A stretch of DNA of 64,000 bases from positions 65,968,001 through 66,032,000 of the forward strand of contig NC_043001.1 of the NCBI RefSeq assembly GCF_006345805.1, written 5' to 3'. Below, piece by piece: positions 1-11,899 of the stretch (position 1 is the stretch's first letter; every line of letters begins with the position of its first letter). The notes below the pieces were generated by a model, which saw only the letters and a program-made list of their open reading frames with translations, was not told the DNA's origin and did not search any database. The position numbers and the translations under genes are program-made. Source of the DNA: Octopus sinensis. Its lineage: Eukaryota.

Positions 1-448
1 ACATTGAGAGAAAATATTTAAAAAGGAAAAAAAAAAAACTGAAACCTGAATTAAAGACTGGATTACAAAATGTTATGTTCTGATATTCGGTGATGAAACC
101 CATACATGACTAACACCAGACAAGATAGTCAATAAGGAAATGGAAAAATAAACTACAAACTTAGAGCGAGAAGATTTTGATCGCAGCACAAAGTTCTGAT
201 CATAAACTATCAAAAATCATATTCACTGAAAAAATATGTTATTCCTTTCTCGGGGACCCTCAGTGCAATGTGATCCCTTCTATCTTTGGGTATATCATAA
301 TTCTGCTAAATATACAACCCTGCTAAATATAGATTTTATTTTAGGCAGAATCTATAGTATACCTTGTATGTACAGTTGGATGTGTACATTTGGGGTATAT
401 ACGCCAGTGTCACTTTGATGGCATGCACTGCTCTCTCACTCAATAATA
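1..448 (+). mobile_element. Decayed R4/Dong-like (RLE) LINE fragment and probable 3' end, ending in (TAA)n
   Basis: Around 170-215 it encodes LIAAQ...NYQK, matching GFLIAAQDQSLPTRNYQKH of the 33553 ORF. The terminal CCAGTGTCACTTTGATGGCATGCACTGCTCTCTCACTC-AATAAT is nearly identical to 29591-29632. Confidence 0.45.
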
Positions 449-461
449 ATAATAATAGCAA

Positions 462-675
462 TAATCCTTTCTATTATAAGCACAAGGCTTGAAATTTTGG
501 GAAGGGGACTAGTCGATTACATTGACACCAGTACACAACTGGTACTTATTTTATCCGCCCCGAATTGATGAAGGGTAAGTAGACCTCGGTGAAATTTGAA
601 CTCGGAACGTAAAGGCGGACGAAATACCGCTAAGCATTTTACCCGGCCCGGTAAAGATTCTACCAGCTCACCGTC

Positions 676-678
<3 letters not shown>
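462..678 (-). mobile_element. tRNA-derived SINE (family A) embedded in (TAA)n
   Basis: The minus strand starts GGTGAGCTGGTAGAAT (A-box-like), has GAGTTCAAATT (B-box-like) and ends AGAAAGGATTATT. A second copy lies at 958-1115. Confidence 0.75.

Positions 679-727
<49 letters not shown>
677..727. repeat. (TAA)n microsatellite
   Basis: Directly visible. Confidence 0.95.
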
Positions 728-729
<2 letters not shown>

Positions 730-957
730 TCTTGTGGGGGCTTTTTGGTTGTGCTTTGTTGCTTAGGTTGTTGTTGTTTTGGGACGTTGTTTACTTGATG
801 TCTGGTGTGTGGAAGTCATTGATGTTGGTGAGTTATTTATTTTGTTTGCTGCTGTTCTTGTTGTGGCTGCTGCTGTTTCTGTGCTGCTGAAATTGGTGTT
901 ACTGCTACTGTTTCTGTTATTTTTACTGCTCTAGTGGCCACCTGTAAGTGTTAATAA

Positions 958-1115
958 CAATCCTTTCTACTTTGACTAGTACTTAATTTATCGACCACGA
1001 AATGATGGAAGACAAAGTCAACCTCAGCGGAATTTGAACTCAGAACGTAGCGACAGGTGAAATATCGTTAAGCACTTTGTCCATCGTGCCAACGATTCCG
1101 CCAGCTCGCTGTCTT
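958..1115 (-). mobile_element. SINE family A, internally deleted copy
   Basis: Aligns with 462-678 (ATCCTTTCTA...TACTTAATTTATCGACC...GGAATTTGAACTCAGAACGT). Confidence 0.65.
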
Positions 1116-1138
1116 CTAAGAATAACTGTAATAATAAT

Positions 1139-3190
1139 TTCTTTGTTAACCTCTAAGGGCTAACAATCAAATCGAGTATGGTATGCGGAATACAATATAA
1201 TATGATGTGATGCGGGTTACATGAAAGTGTGTGAAGAGTATAACAACAAAAACAAAGATTCAAAAATTCAAACAAGAAACTTTCTCGAGGGATGCTCGTA
1301 GAAGCCCCATAAACTACCACTACGGCTAGTGCACTCTCCTCATCCACCTCCCCCAGTCTTTAGGTGCATGCTTAGAATTCATTCAGATCATTTCTGTCAC
1401 ATTCACTTACCTTTCAACAAATTTACCGGAAGGTAGCAGTTCACTCTACACCCTCACTCTCCTTTCAAAGGAACTTGTAAACGTTGATGAGTGGTTAGCC
1501 AAAAATGAAGGTATCTCTTTTAACTCTTTCACCATAAAACCTCTCTCGCCAAAGCCACCAGACAATAAACACTGCTTGTCCAACTCGACCGAAGGAAGGC
1601 GGTGGGACGATCTTCACAATGGACTCGTCCGATAACCGGGATCCTTCCTACACATGATAGCAGGTGTTCGACATAAACCCAGAAGTTAACAACGTTGGGG
1701 CGCTTGATGAGTGTGTACAAAACAGTTTCGTCGTTCTGTACGCATCTCAATAAATTCCGGTTGACGGCAAATCCAAACCTTCAGAGTTTATCTCGAACCG
1801 CCAATGTCTCTCAGTAGTGCTGAAAGGCCAGAGATTACTGGAAATTATTAATGGGCCCCGGTTTGAGGGTTTTCCGCCACAGAGGGGCCAGTTGATTGTG
1901 ATCTAGCGTCTTCCTGAGAACTTTGTTACTCTTGACTACCACTAAACCTCTAGAGCACGTCAAAATGGAACTTCCACCGACATCATTTCCCTGCCTCGCT
2001 CTGCATTTGATCCAGGACTGCAACTCAGTCAAAGGGAGTTTCAAAAAACGGTGATCACACCTGCTCACCATCAGGGGTACACTGGAAACGTCTAGTTTCA
2101 GCGCATGTCTGCGCACTATCAGCTGCAGCATTCACAATTTCCATTCAGTGGGTGTTGGCAAAAAAATGGAGCGCCTGACAAGCGGTACGCGTCCCCTCGA
2201 CAGAAAGCAAAAGAGTAGGCGCTTTAGTCCAGCCAAACGCGAAATGAAGCAATGCCCAACGGTCAGGCGGTAATATATGATGGATGCGATGTAAGCATTC
2301 GCCACGTATGTCCGACCATCCAGGGAGAGCTTTCTCTCGGCCCAGTTCTGGGTGACATTGGCCAGTCTGCTCGTCATTTCGTCCCAGTTATTTTCCACTT
2401 AATGATTTGGACCAAGTAAGATCCTGAGCAATTTAACTGATCCAGTGCCTCACAAGGCAGTTGGGGCATGTTCTGCCTCCCGAGGTGTCGAGTTGCAGGC
2501 CCACTGACTTTTTAGCCCTGTCACCACCACGTTAGCCTTCAGTGAAGGGCTGATCAGGTTTATGTGTCTAGTGTCCGACATTATAACGGTGACAACTTCT
2601 GCGTATATTGACACGGTTCTCCCAGGGCCTAGTTCACGCGATATGTGCCTCAATGTCTCCAGTTTCCTAAATAATGACTCTAGAGATAATCTATACAGGA
2701 GAGCCAAGGGGTGACAACCTTGACGGACCAAGTGTATGATACTTAATAGTTCCAATCAAAATTACTAAGGCCCTGCTCATGCCAAGATCTTTATCTATCC
2801 TTTTTCAGATGTATCGCATGAAGTGGGGTCGATAAACCTGTTTGGAATAGCTCATGTTTGCATATCACCAATCAGAGTAACGACGACATACGACAAACGC
2901 CAAACCTCATCGCTAAGATCTTAGCTAAAATTTTGAAGTCTGCGTTAGCAGAGCTATGGGCATAAAATTATCTATTTGGTTTTCTTATTTGGGGCTTTTT
3001 CAACAATGCCATCGCTCCTGGACTCATAGAACTAGAAATTCTCCTGTTCTGCAGCCGTTTGCGATAGATATTACTCAAGAGGCCTCCAAACAAATCTGGT
3101 ATATAAAAGAAAAGCTCGTAGGACAGACCATCCACGCCAGGTATTTTGCCCCTCACACAGAAAATCATCGCTGTTATTAGCTTTTCACAA
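1139..3190 (-). mobile_element. Tx1/L1-clade LINE, 5'-truncated and heavily decayed (copy 1)
   Basis: Frame fragments PGVDGLSYE..PDLFG, SIYAEVVTV (decayed YADD) and WAERKLSLDGRTYVANAYIASIIYYRLTV are collinear with ORF 57883-60570. The conserved 3' motif is at 1139-1162. Confidence 0.85.
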
Positions 3191-3196
3191 CACTCG

Positions 3197-3288
<92 letters not shown>

Positions 3289-3325
3289 CAGACAGACGGA
3301 CAGACCGATCGATCGATAGTTAGAT
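3197..3325. repeat. (GATA)n/(GACA)n microsatellite at the 5' break of Tx1 copy 1
   Basis: Directly visible. Confidence 0.95.
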
Positions 3326-3389
3326 AGACAGAGATAGACTGACAGAGACACGCATACATATTTTGTAAAATTCATGTTGACTGGGATTT

Positions 3390-3545
3390 ATTGGGTCTAT
3401 TTGAATATGATAGGTGACACTTAAACTTTCAGTCAACAGGAGTTTTATAATTAATTTGACTCGACTTTCACTATTGATTCTCTCCATCAGTAAGTGTTCC
3501 GTTGTTATTCTTAAGTTCTCTTTAAAAAAATTTCCTCAGTTTAAT
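3390..3545 (-). mobile_element. Possible Penelope-like N-terminal fragment
   Basis: The minus strand gives IKLRKFF.RELKNNN, resembling RHLRLIEFF at 10543-10752. Short and degenerate. Confidence 0.3.
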
Positions 3546-3657
3546 ATATATACATCTATCTCCACACACACAGTCGTATGCTCGCTAGCACGCTCACACA
3601 CGCATACTCACACAAACATGCACCCTCATACACACACAAATACACATACCTACGCAC

Positions 3658-3705
<48 letters not shown>

Positions 3706-3980
3706 AACAATGAGGCAAAATTAATTAATTATAATCAATTTCACCAAGTGTTCAGTATGCAAAGGACCATTCAAGGCGAATTCAAATTATTACATTATAT
3801 AAAAGGGCTTAGTAAAATAAATTACTTTGCCGCATACTGAACTCATTAGAAATAGCAGCTAAAAAACTTTTTTAAGGCTATTTCTATACTTAAAGAAAAT
3901 CTCTCTCATATATAGTGTTGCATAATTTAACTCACAAAAGTTTGGGTAATGACATCGAAAAATCAAATGCTAAGGTTATT

Positions 3981-4032
3981 CGAGAACGTACGTTTCAAGA
4001 TTAGTCAAAACAACATTTCTATCATCGGCTCG
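3981..4032 (-). ncRNA. Minimal type-I hammerhead-ribozyme-like motif (CCGAUGA core)
   Basis: CGAG-CCGAUGA-U-AGA...UCU-U-GAAAC-GUAC-GUU-CUCG: stem I CGAG/CUCG, palindromic helix III loop, GUU triplet. Confidence 0.5.
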
Positions 4033-4107
4033 GAAATTCCTTGGTTTGGATTTGGAAACACTGAAAATAAGAACATACCCTCTCGAAGATCCAAACCAAG
4101 GAATTTC

Positions 4108-4159
4108 CGAGCCGATGATAGAAATGTTGTTTTGACTAATCTTGAAACGTACGTTCGCG
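4108..4159 (+). ncRNA. Mirror copy of the hammerhead-like motif (one stem I mismatch)
   Basis: CGAG CCGATGA T AGA...TCT T GAAAC GTAC GTT CGCG. Confidence 0.45.
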
Positions 4160-4342
4160 AATAACCTTAGCATTTGATTTTTCGATGTCATTACCCCCAA
4201 ACTTTTGTGAGTTAAATTATGCAAACACTATATATGAGAGAGATTTTCTTTAAGTATTAGAAATAGCCTTAAAAAAGTTTTTTAGCTGCTATTTCTAATG
4301 AGTTCAGTATGCGGCAAAGTAATTTATTTTACTAAGCCCTTT

Positions 4343-4405
<63 letters not shown>

Positions 4406-5863
4406 CAAGGTAGATCTAGAAGCAGATAAATAACAGCGGGCAAATAGTGGGAAGGTAATCTGTTCAACTCGAGTCCCACAGGCTGATTTCGACCTTTTTT
4501 GTCGAAAGGCCTTTTAATTGAATATTTACATGCCACAATTATCTATAGCTTTATTTACTTCGAGATCCACCGTTCCAAAATAAGAATTGCTTCACATTCT
4601 CTCAACATTTCTAAATTGTATATATCGTTTTCTTTCTGTGTCTATAAACTATTTTTATACGTATGTGTCTGAATTTAAGATCACCAACTGTTTAACACAA
4701 CCTGCTTTAATCTTGGCAATGTTTTGAGGAAATCTACTCCATGCTTGTCAGATATTCTGACATGTCCTTTGGGTATTTACACCTTCCAGAAACAACTTTG
4801 AAATATTCCTCTTTTGAAAGCTGTCGAGCATAAATAGTGTACTACTGGTGTTACATAGAAAAGAACAGAATAAAGGCAATAAATATTTACAAAATTAGCA
4901 AATATTTTTTTTAACTGGTCGACAAGTATATCTGTATGCTTGTGTATGTATATCTGTTTGTGCGCGCGTGTGTATATATGTGTATGTATATGTGTGCATG
5001 AGCACACGCGAAGTTATGATTTTATCTAATTAAATTTGTGTTGGAGAATAATATTTATCAAATTTAGCTTCTGTAGCAGAAACCGGACATAAAGTAACAA
5101 TCGAACCTCCGTGGGGTTAACCGATCAACCAGAAATAACATCGAAATCCACTTCAAACTACACTTCATTGTTTTGGAAAATACACTTAATATAATAACGT
5201 CTGGCGTACAGGTTGTCTGAAACCAAAAAGTTTTGGTTAGAACGCTTATAATTATAGGTGTGCTCGATCTGGACAGAGCAAGAGCTAAACGCAATAACAA
5301 ATAAAGAACAAAACCAAAATTTTAGTCCAGACCATAATACCTCATTACAGTTGTTTGTTATGGCTTCTAATGCAACACGATCGCATATTGCCTCTTTCAT
5401 CAGATGCCTCGATCACCCTTCTGCCACAAATTTAAAATTTTTGAAGATGAACGTTACATATTTCTTCCATGCCTTATGTGAATGAAATGATTTCTTTGAC
5501 GTCATTTCTTTGAAATGTCTTGCACGCTCAGGCAGCATGTTCAAAATAACTCGCTCATCAAGAAACCTTCGTATTGCTGCCTGTTTAATCACAGTCTAAC
5601 TATGCAACACGTTGTACAGAGTTGCGTATTACCAGTAGCATCGTCAAGTGACCTTACATGTGGAATAGTAGAATTATTGATTTCCATTGCCGCTCAAAAA
5701 CAAAACTGAATTCACGCCAGTTCATTAAATAATATTATTTTATCAGTTAATTATCGGACTATATTTTAGTCTGTTTGGAGGAACTGACAGTAGTGCACTG
5801 AGATGGTTTAGTATATTAATCTCCATTTGCCTTGATAAATTTATCAGACTGTGTGTTTATGTT

Positions 5864-5920
5864 TGATTGATTGATTCTAGTTTCAGCTCATGAGCTGTGG
5901 CCATGCTGGGGCACCGCCAT
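5864..5920 (-). mobile_element. Isolated 3' tip of the CR1-group LINE with (AATC)n tail
   Basis: Nearly identical to about 34716-34772. Confidence 0.8.
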
Positions 5921-6109
5921 GTATGCGTTGTGTATGTATGTGCACGTATGTGTGTGCGTGTGTGTGCATTATACACACTTCTTGCCAACTGTCTGTAAAA
6001 TACTTTACTCTCTGAACTGAGGAGGAATATCAAACGAAACTGATAAAGTGATGATGTTCTTTTCTCCTGTAGCACCTCTGTCAAGTACCTGTTCTGCATC
6101 TCTGTGCCT

Positions 6110-6450
6110 TTCTACGCTCGCTATGCTAAACTGTGCAATACACTGACGTTGCCCTACCAGTGTTTTGCTGTCATACCCGAGATGCTAAGGTTGTCTGGGG
6201 TACTTTTGAATCTTGCTTTGCCCTCTCACTACTTCACATGTGATGCCGTATATGCTGCAGGTGGACGTGCAGCTGAAGCTTTGGGTGATTTGGTACAAAA
6301 CTTTAAGGTCGGTGATTGTTTTGTCGTTGTTGGTATAGGAGCAGGTGTGTCATATGCGGTGAGTGCACTTGAACAGATGTGGCCGAAACTAAGGAGTTTC
6401 CAGTGAAAGCATTCCAGATGACTAAATAAACGTTTCTTCATTTCCTCTTC
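6110..6450 (-). mobile_element. Highly decayed RLE-LINE C-terminal fragment
   Basis: Frame pieces FHWKLL, TDLKV and TPDNLSISGM resemble YIHWKLC, KDLEI and the terminal TPGL..IQKIALLG region of the 33553 ORF. Weak. Confidence 0.35.
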
Positions 6451-6932
6451 CTAATCACACCCAAATCCACCTGTTTTATCTATGTGCATTACGCAGAATG
6501 CCTTTGTAACAATGCTGCTAACTGTATTTTATTTGCCTCATTTTTCATTTCATTTATTTTTTATTATTTATATCATTATGTACATTTACATACCGAGAAA
6601 AGACATGTGAATCATAATCACAAAAGTATGTGCCTGTGCTCTACCTATCTCCATATCACACACCTTTGTGCGCGTATACGGTTGTTTCCTGTTGCTATCA
6701 GTAATCTCATACACTAGAAACAAAGAGAGACTACTCTCTTTCTCTCTCTCTTTCTCTCTCCATCTCAATCCGTCACTCCCTCTCCCTCTGTCCCTGTTTT
6801 TCTCTTTTTCTTTCCATCTTCCCGGACAAGGATTTTATCCAAAAAGTCCGAAACACTTCTGTTAGTCATATGCAAAAATAGATTTTACCTGTACAGGTGC
6901 GTTTGCCGTGCGCGCGTGTGTATACATAGATG

Positions 6933-6972
<40 letters not shown>

Positions 6973-6984
6973 TATATATATATC

Positions 6985-7176
6985 TTTTACTCTTTTATTT
7001 GTTTCAGTCATTTGACTGGAGCACAATCTTTAGTCGCAAAATCGATCTCAGAACTTATTCTTTGTAAGCCTAGTACTTAATCTATCGGTTTCTTTCGCCG
7101 AACCGCTATGTTACGGGGACGTAAGCACACAGGCATCGGTTGTCAATCGATGGTGGGGAGGACAAACACAGACACA

Positions 7177-7239
<63 letters not shown>

Positions 7240-7385
7240 ACATATGTACTACGGGCTTATTTCAGTTTCCTCTACCAATTCCACTCACAAATCTTTGGTC
7301 GGCCCGAGACTATAGTAGAAGACACTTGCCCAAGGTACCACGCAGTGGAACTGAACACGGAACCAAGTGGTTGGTAAGCAAGTTA
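6985..7385 (-). mobile_element. tRNA-derived SINE family B with internal (TG)n
   Basis: The minus strand has CTTGCTTACCAACCACTTGGTTCCGTGTTCAGTTCCACTGCGTGGTACCTTGGGCAAGTGTCTTCTACTATAG and an internal microsatellite. Related copies are at 15325-15680 and 9334-9370. Confidence 0.75.
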
Positions 7386-9240
7386 CTTTTATTCACATAG
7401 TTTGCCACAAGGGCAGTACACAGAGTAACTGCGAGCTGGACAAAGACATTAATGTGATAAGGATGATAACGAAATAATGAATAAAAATGGGAGGGGCACC
7501 GGCGCCCGCCGACCGATAACCCCTCGAGAACACTGCTCAATTTAAAATTCAAGAATTAAAATTAAAATACAATAATTAGATACCAGTATAAAAATTTCAA
7601 AAACAAAATTTAATTTTTCATTCAGCTTCCTCGTCCGGGCCCCCAAGTAAGTACCCTGCCTCCTGCAGGAAAGTCTGCATTGGCAGGCCCGGAGGAGGGA
7701 CACAAAATCCTCATTATTGCAGGTCCTCCTGACCGCAATTAATTCTTCTTGGGTAACAGCCTCCGCAGCCACCCGCAGAGGCCAACATGGACCGTCTATA
7801 CAGACCGAGTCGTATCGTTCTCGGTCTAGAAGACTGTCCAAGTACATCTCAACAAGCCCTCCCCTGAGGTAGGAAATTAAAAGTTCCACCTCATTCTCAC
7901 GGGGAGGGGCCTCAACCTTCTCTGTCAGTGGCACAATCCCCACTGACAGAGCCTCTCGGGATCCGTCGGCGGCACATCGACATCCGCCGACTGTCTGCCG
8001 TTTCTCTTCCTTCTCCTTTTTCTTTTTGTGGTTGCGGAAGTCGGGGCCTCCGTCGGCATACCCGGAAGGTCCTCCTCCTCTCCCGTAACCTGCACTTCAG
8101 CTGGTGAGCAACCACCATTGCTCACTTTCCTCTATCTTTTCGTTGAAGCCGACGCCTCAACGACTTCTTCCGTTTCTCCTTGCAATGGGAGCGCGGAGAG
8201 CTTCTTCACCTTTCCCTGCTCCAGGGCCTTACCAATTTGGCCCGACTTCAGGCACGAGTGACATTTGGGGGGGGGGCGACTCTCAAGTATCACTGAATAC
8301 CTGGAGCCAGCCATTTTCAAAAAGTCAGGGAAAGTCATTTCACCCGCGGACACTGGGGTCCATTGGGTCAAAGTCGCCTTTGCGTCCTCACAGCTGACCG
8401 CAGGCGTCACCTTCACGTCGAAAAGCCTGGGCTCACTATCCCCTAGTCCCCGCCGGGTGGAATCTGCGATCCACCTCGCTTCGGCGCCCGGGGGAATCCC
8501 ACATACCCAGGCTCTTATTACCCTCTTCCCACAACAAGTGGGAAAAAATAAATTTCTTCCCCTTGCAAGGGCTGGCTAGCCACGCTGCCAGTTTCCTCAG
8601 GGGAGTCAAACAGCAACCACACCGTTGCATATTTGACTCCCTCAGCTATAAAGTATTTTTTAGCTGGCAAACACCTTGCCAGCTCTTTTTCTATGATATC
8701 CCTATCGAAGAGGGCGATGGCAACACGCGCCCTAGAATAGGTCCGTAATACCACCGTCCTCCTCTCAAGGTTTTCAATCCATTGCTTAGGTGGGACAACC
8801 TCCCACTCTAAGGCACTTCTTATGTTAAAAGGAGAAAGAAAGTCGAAATAAATTAACAAGAAGTCCAAAAGGAAATAAACTAGTCAGTTCAAAAATGAAT
8901 ACAAAATAAAATCCAAAGGAAATAGAAAAAAAAGAAAAAAATCAGAAGGATAAAGAAAAGAAAAACAGTTCACACAGCAAACATCAATGGCCAACAGATG
9001 GTCCTGGCCAACTTCGTAGGTTCAATGGTAATCCAACAAGTTTTAATGGCAAAATCCAGTAAGTTCGGGCTAGGACACCCCACCCCGCTTTTTTTCCCCA
9101 ATACAACAAAACAACAAACAGCAGGCAGAATTGCCCCAGAGCTGGGCGAAATTTATCAACAAACATACAATTACTATTTGACAAATTACACCCAGCTCAA
9201 ACGAAAACAAAACCACCTACCTCGACGACCTTATGCTGCT
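7386..9240 (-). mobile_element. ORF1-only L1/Tx1-type element (half-L1-like), frameshifted
   Basis: ORFs 8518-8868, 8132-8416 (decayed knuckle KCHSCLKSGQIGKA) and 7542-7943 look like one disrupted ORF1. No endonuclease or RT follows. The 3' end GCCCTTGTGGC...AATAAAAG resembles the Tx1 termini in this window. Confidence 0.6.
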
Positions 9241-9333
9241 GTTGTTCTTTTTTCTTTCAGTTCAATATTGGACGGAGCCAACACACTCACGCCCAACTCG
9301 GTTCTCTGTAGGAAGCAACGTCAACGCGCTTGT

Positions 9334-9370
9334 ACGGTAAGCAAGCTACTTACCACACAGCCACTCCTGC
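9334..9370 (-). mobile_element. 5' head of SINE family B
   Basis: Reverse complement GCAGGAGTGGCTGTGTGGTAAGTAGCTTGCTTACC overlaps the heads of the other copies. Confidence 0.55.
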
Positions 9371-9533
9371 ATTTGTATACACACACAAACACACACACAT
9401 ATACACATGTACATATATATATACATATATATACACACATATGCATATATATATGTGTGTATATATATACGTATATATATATATACTATCTGTATGTATA
9501 TATATATATATATACATACACACGCACACACAC

Positions 9534-9630
<97 letters not shown>

Positions 9631-10499
9631 TTTGTACGACTCTATTATTCTTTCTATTCTATCATTCTTTTCTCCTTTCTATCAGCCCTTTCACGCTTAC
9701 TTCGTTCAGTTTACTCTTCGTTCTTTCGTTCCTCCTCTCTCGCAATTCCTGACCTTCTCTTCATGCTCAATTTCCCTCCTCTTTTACTTCACTGTGTCCC
9801 TTTCATTTTTTCTCGCCCCTCCTTAATTTTTCTATCCCTCTGCCCCTACCTCTCTCTGTTCTTTCCCCACGTCACCGGTTTTCGGCCAAGCCTGACCTTT
9901 CTTGGTTCGACTACCATCCGTGCAACGTCTATTTTCTCCCTGTGCCTGTCAAATCTTATGATCCTGCCGTAAGGCTTCACCTCCACAAACGCCAGCCTAA
10001 TTTAATTCGTCCTTAGTCGAAAGACACCTGTTGTTATGTTCTGTTATTTGCATTTGTATTTGTGTAACATTCTCCGTTTTTTATCCTCCTTGTTTTCGTA
10101 TACATTCGCTGCTTTCTTCCAAGGAATCTAATGCTCTTAGCTTAGTTTTTCCTTAAGGCTGGCCAGATTGGAGCAATCTCGAGTATAACCAGCCGAAATT
10201 GCAACGATAATCTGGAACTCGATTGAGGATAGAAAACTCCGAATGACCCGTCCTTGTTTTCTTTGTATTGTCTGACTGGATGTTTTGTGTTCTTGTCCCA
10301 TTTTTGTATTTTATATATATAAAAAATATATATATATACATATATATCTATATATATATAATATATATATATATTATATATATATATATACATACATATA
10401 TACATGCATATATATATATATGTGCATACATACATATGCATGCATAAGAGCCGAAATCAGAAAATGGAGACAGTAACACAATTCCATTTTTTAGGGATA

Positions 10500-10727
10500 A
10501 AATACCAAAATCACGCGCCAAACCCAATAAAACAAAATTTAAATGAACACAGAACATATAGACCCGAAGATCATAAATTTGTCAAATAGAAACCTCAACA
10601 AGAATGAGATGAACCTCCGATTAAACGGTTTCAAGTTTACCCCGACACCCACCCCAAATCTCATTGAACTGAAATCTGATATTGAACACTTCAATCGCCA
10701 CCTCCGACTTATAGAATTCTTCATCTG
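10500..10727 (+). mobile_element. Penelope-like element, N-terminal ORF fragment
   Basis: IINLSNRNLNKNE..L..GFKFTPTP..NLIELKSDIEHFNRHLRLIEFF resembles the region preceding the RT in Penelope ORFs. Confidence 0.6.
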
Positions 10728-10922
10728 TGTGTGTGTGTGTGTGGTAAAATAAGAAATAGAAAGTTTTCTGTATTATATATTTGAAAAAAATGAATAGAAA
10801 TGGCTTTCTTTATCATTTTTGCCCTGTAAAATTTAGATGAACATCTAATTATTAAAGAGGAAAAATTATCAGTAAAGTCATTCCTATTCACTTTTCAAAT
10901 ATATATATATATTTATTTATTC

Positions 10923-10993
<71 letters not shown>

Positions 10994-11000
10994 TTATTTA

Positions 11001-11054
<54 letters not shown>

Positions 11055-11214
11055 CGTATATTTGCCATTTGAATATGGCTAACCCCTAAGGGTGGATGCT
11101 ACTGTAGTTTGTAGCCCCAGGAGGACACCTCCTCCAGCTGGCTATAGACACACTTTCTGTGCCCTATCAGTATTTGCAAAGGGAAGCCATCCTTCCCGTC
11201 TTCAACTTATGATA

Positions 11215-11259
11215 CACACGGACTCGAGTTTCAGGTTATTGACCCGTCATCGGCGTGTA
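11215..11259 (-). ncRNA. Minimal type-I hammerhead-like motif (CCGAUGA core)
   Basis: ACACG-CCGAUGA-C-GGGU-caaua-ACCU-GAAAC-UCGA-GUC-CGUGU. Confidence 0.55.
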
Positions 11260-11442
11260 ACAATCATTGTTGTCGATGAGAAGTAGGTTCCCTTCACAAA
11301 TACATATACTTTTTCCAGTATCGATTGACACTGATATTGAATATTGTTTGATTACACTTTTTCAATATCAGTGTCAATCGATACTGGAAAAAGTATATGT
11401 ATTTGTGAAGGGAACCTACTTCTCATCGACAACTATGATTGT

Positions 11443-11487
11443 CACACGCCGATGACGGGTCAATACCCTGAAACTCGAGTCCGTGTG
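11443..11487 (+). ncRNA. Mirror hammerhead-like motif (CCGAUGA core)
   Basis: CACACG CCGATGA C GGGTCAATACCCT GAAAC TCGA GTC CGTGTG; perfect 6-bp stem I. Confidence 0.55.
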
Positions 11488-11695
11488 TATCATAAGTTGA
11501 AGACGGGAAGGATGGCTTCCCTTTGCAATTACTGATAGGCACAGAAAGTGTGTCTATAGCCAGCTGGAGGAGGTGTCCTCCTGGGGCTACAAACTACAGT
11601 AGCATCCACCCTTAGGGGTTAGCCATATTCAAATGGCAAATATACGTCATGATGTGTTGCTGCTACTGTTTATAACTCGCTCTGAGATTTATCAT

Positions 11696-11726
<31 letters not shown>

Positions 11727-11899
11727 GTATGTATATATATATATGCATACATATATCGAGATTAGTGCTATGAGAAGTAAACTACAACACATGTCAATTC
11801 GGCAGCATTTAATCTCCTAATTAGTACCCTTCTAAAACAACACACTCTATCCAGCGTCGTTTCTATTGATGGAACTCTTCCTGGAACTTCTTTTTTAGG

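Larger units (their letters stand above)
3700..4350. repeat. Fold-back element: inverted arms 3794-4051 and 4089-4350 with a 37-bp spacer, between (TA)n runs; probable Penelope pseudo-LTR
   Basis: The arms are reverse complements apart from about 1 substitution and 4 inserted bases. Each carries a hammerhead-like motif. Confidence 0.85.
11052..11697. repeat. Fold-back element: inverted arms 11052-11341 and 11361-11649 with a 19-bp spacer, between (TA)n runs; probable Penelope pseudo-LTR
   Basis: Arms of about 290 bp with few mismatches. The right arm extends about 45 bp further. Each arm has a hammerhead-like motif. Confidence 0.88.

Noticed and set aside
462-678. tRNA-like A/B boxes
   Set aside because: They are SINE heads; no complete cloverleaf, so not called as tRNA genes.
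6073-6358. Open plus-strand frame between a pyrimidine-AG and GTGAGT, resembling a host exon
   Set aside because: The translation is unrecognisable, and the opposite strand better fits a decayed RLE-LINE C-terminus.
8998-9972. 324-aa ORF
   Set aside because: It reads through (TA)n/(CA)n tracts and the antisense 5' region of a repeat; compositional artefact.
10172-10215. GGCTGG/CCAGCC stem followed by GAAA
   Set aside because: No CUGANGA-like core and no NUH site.
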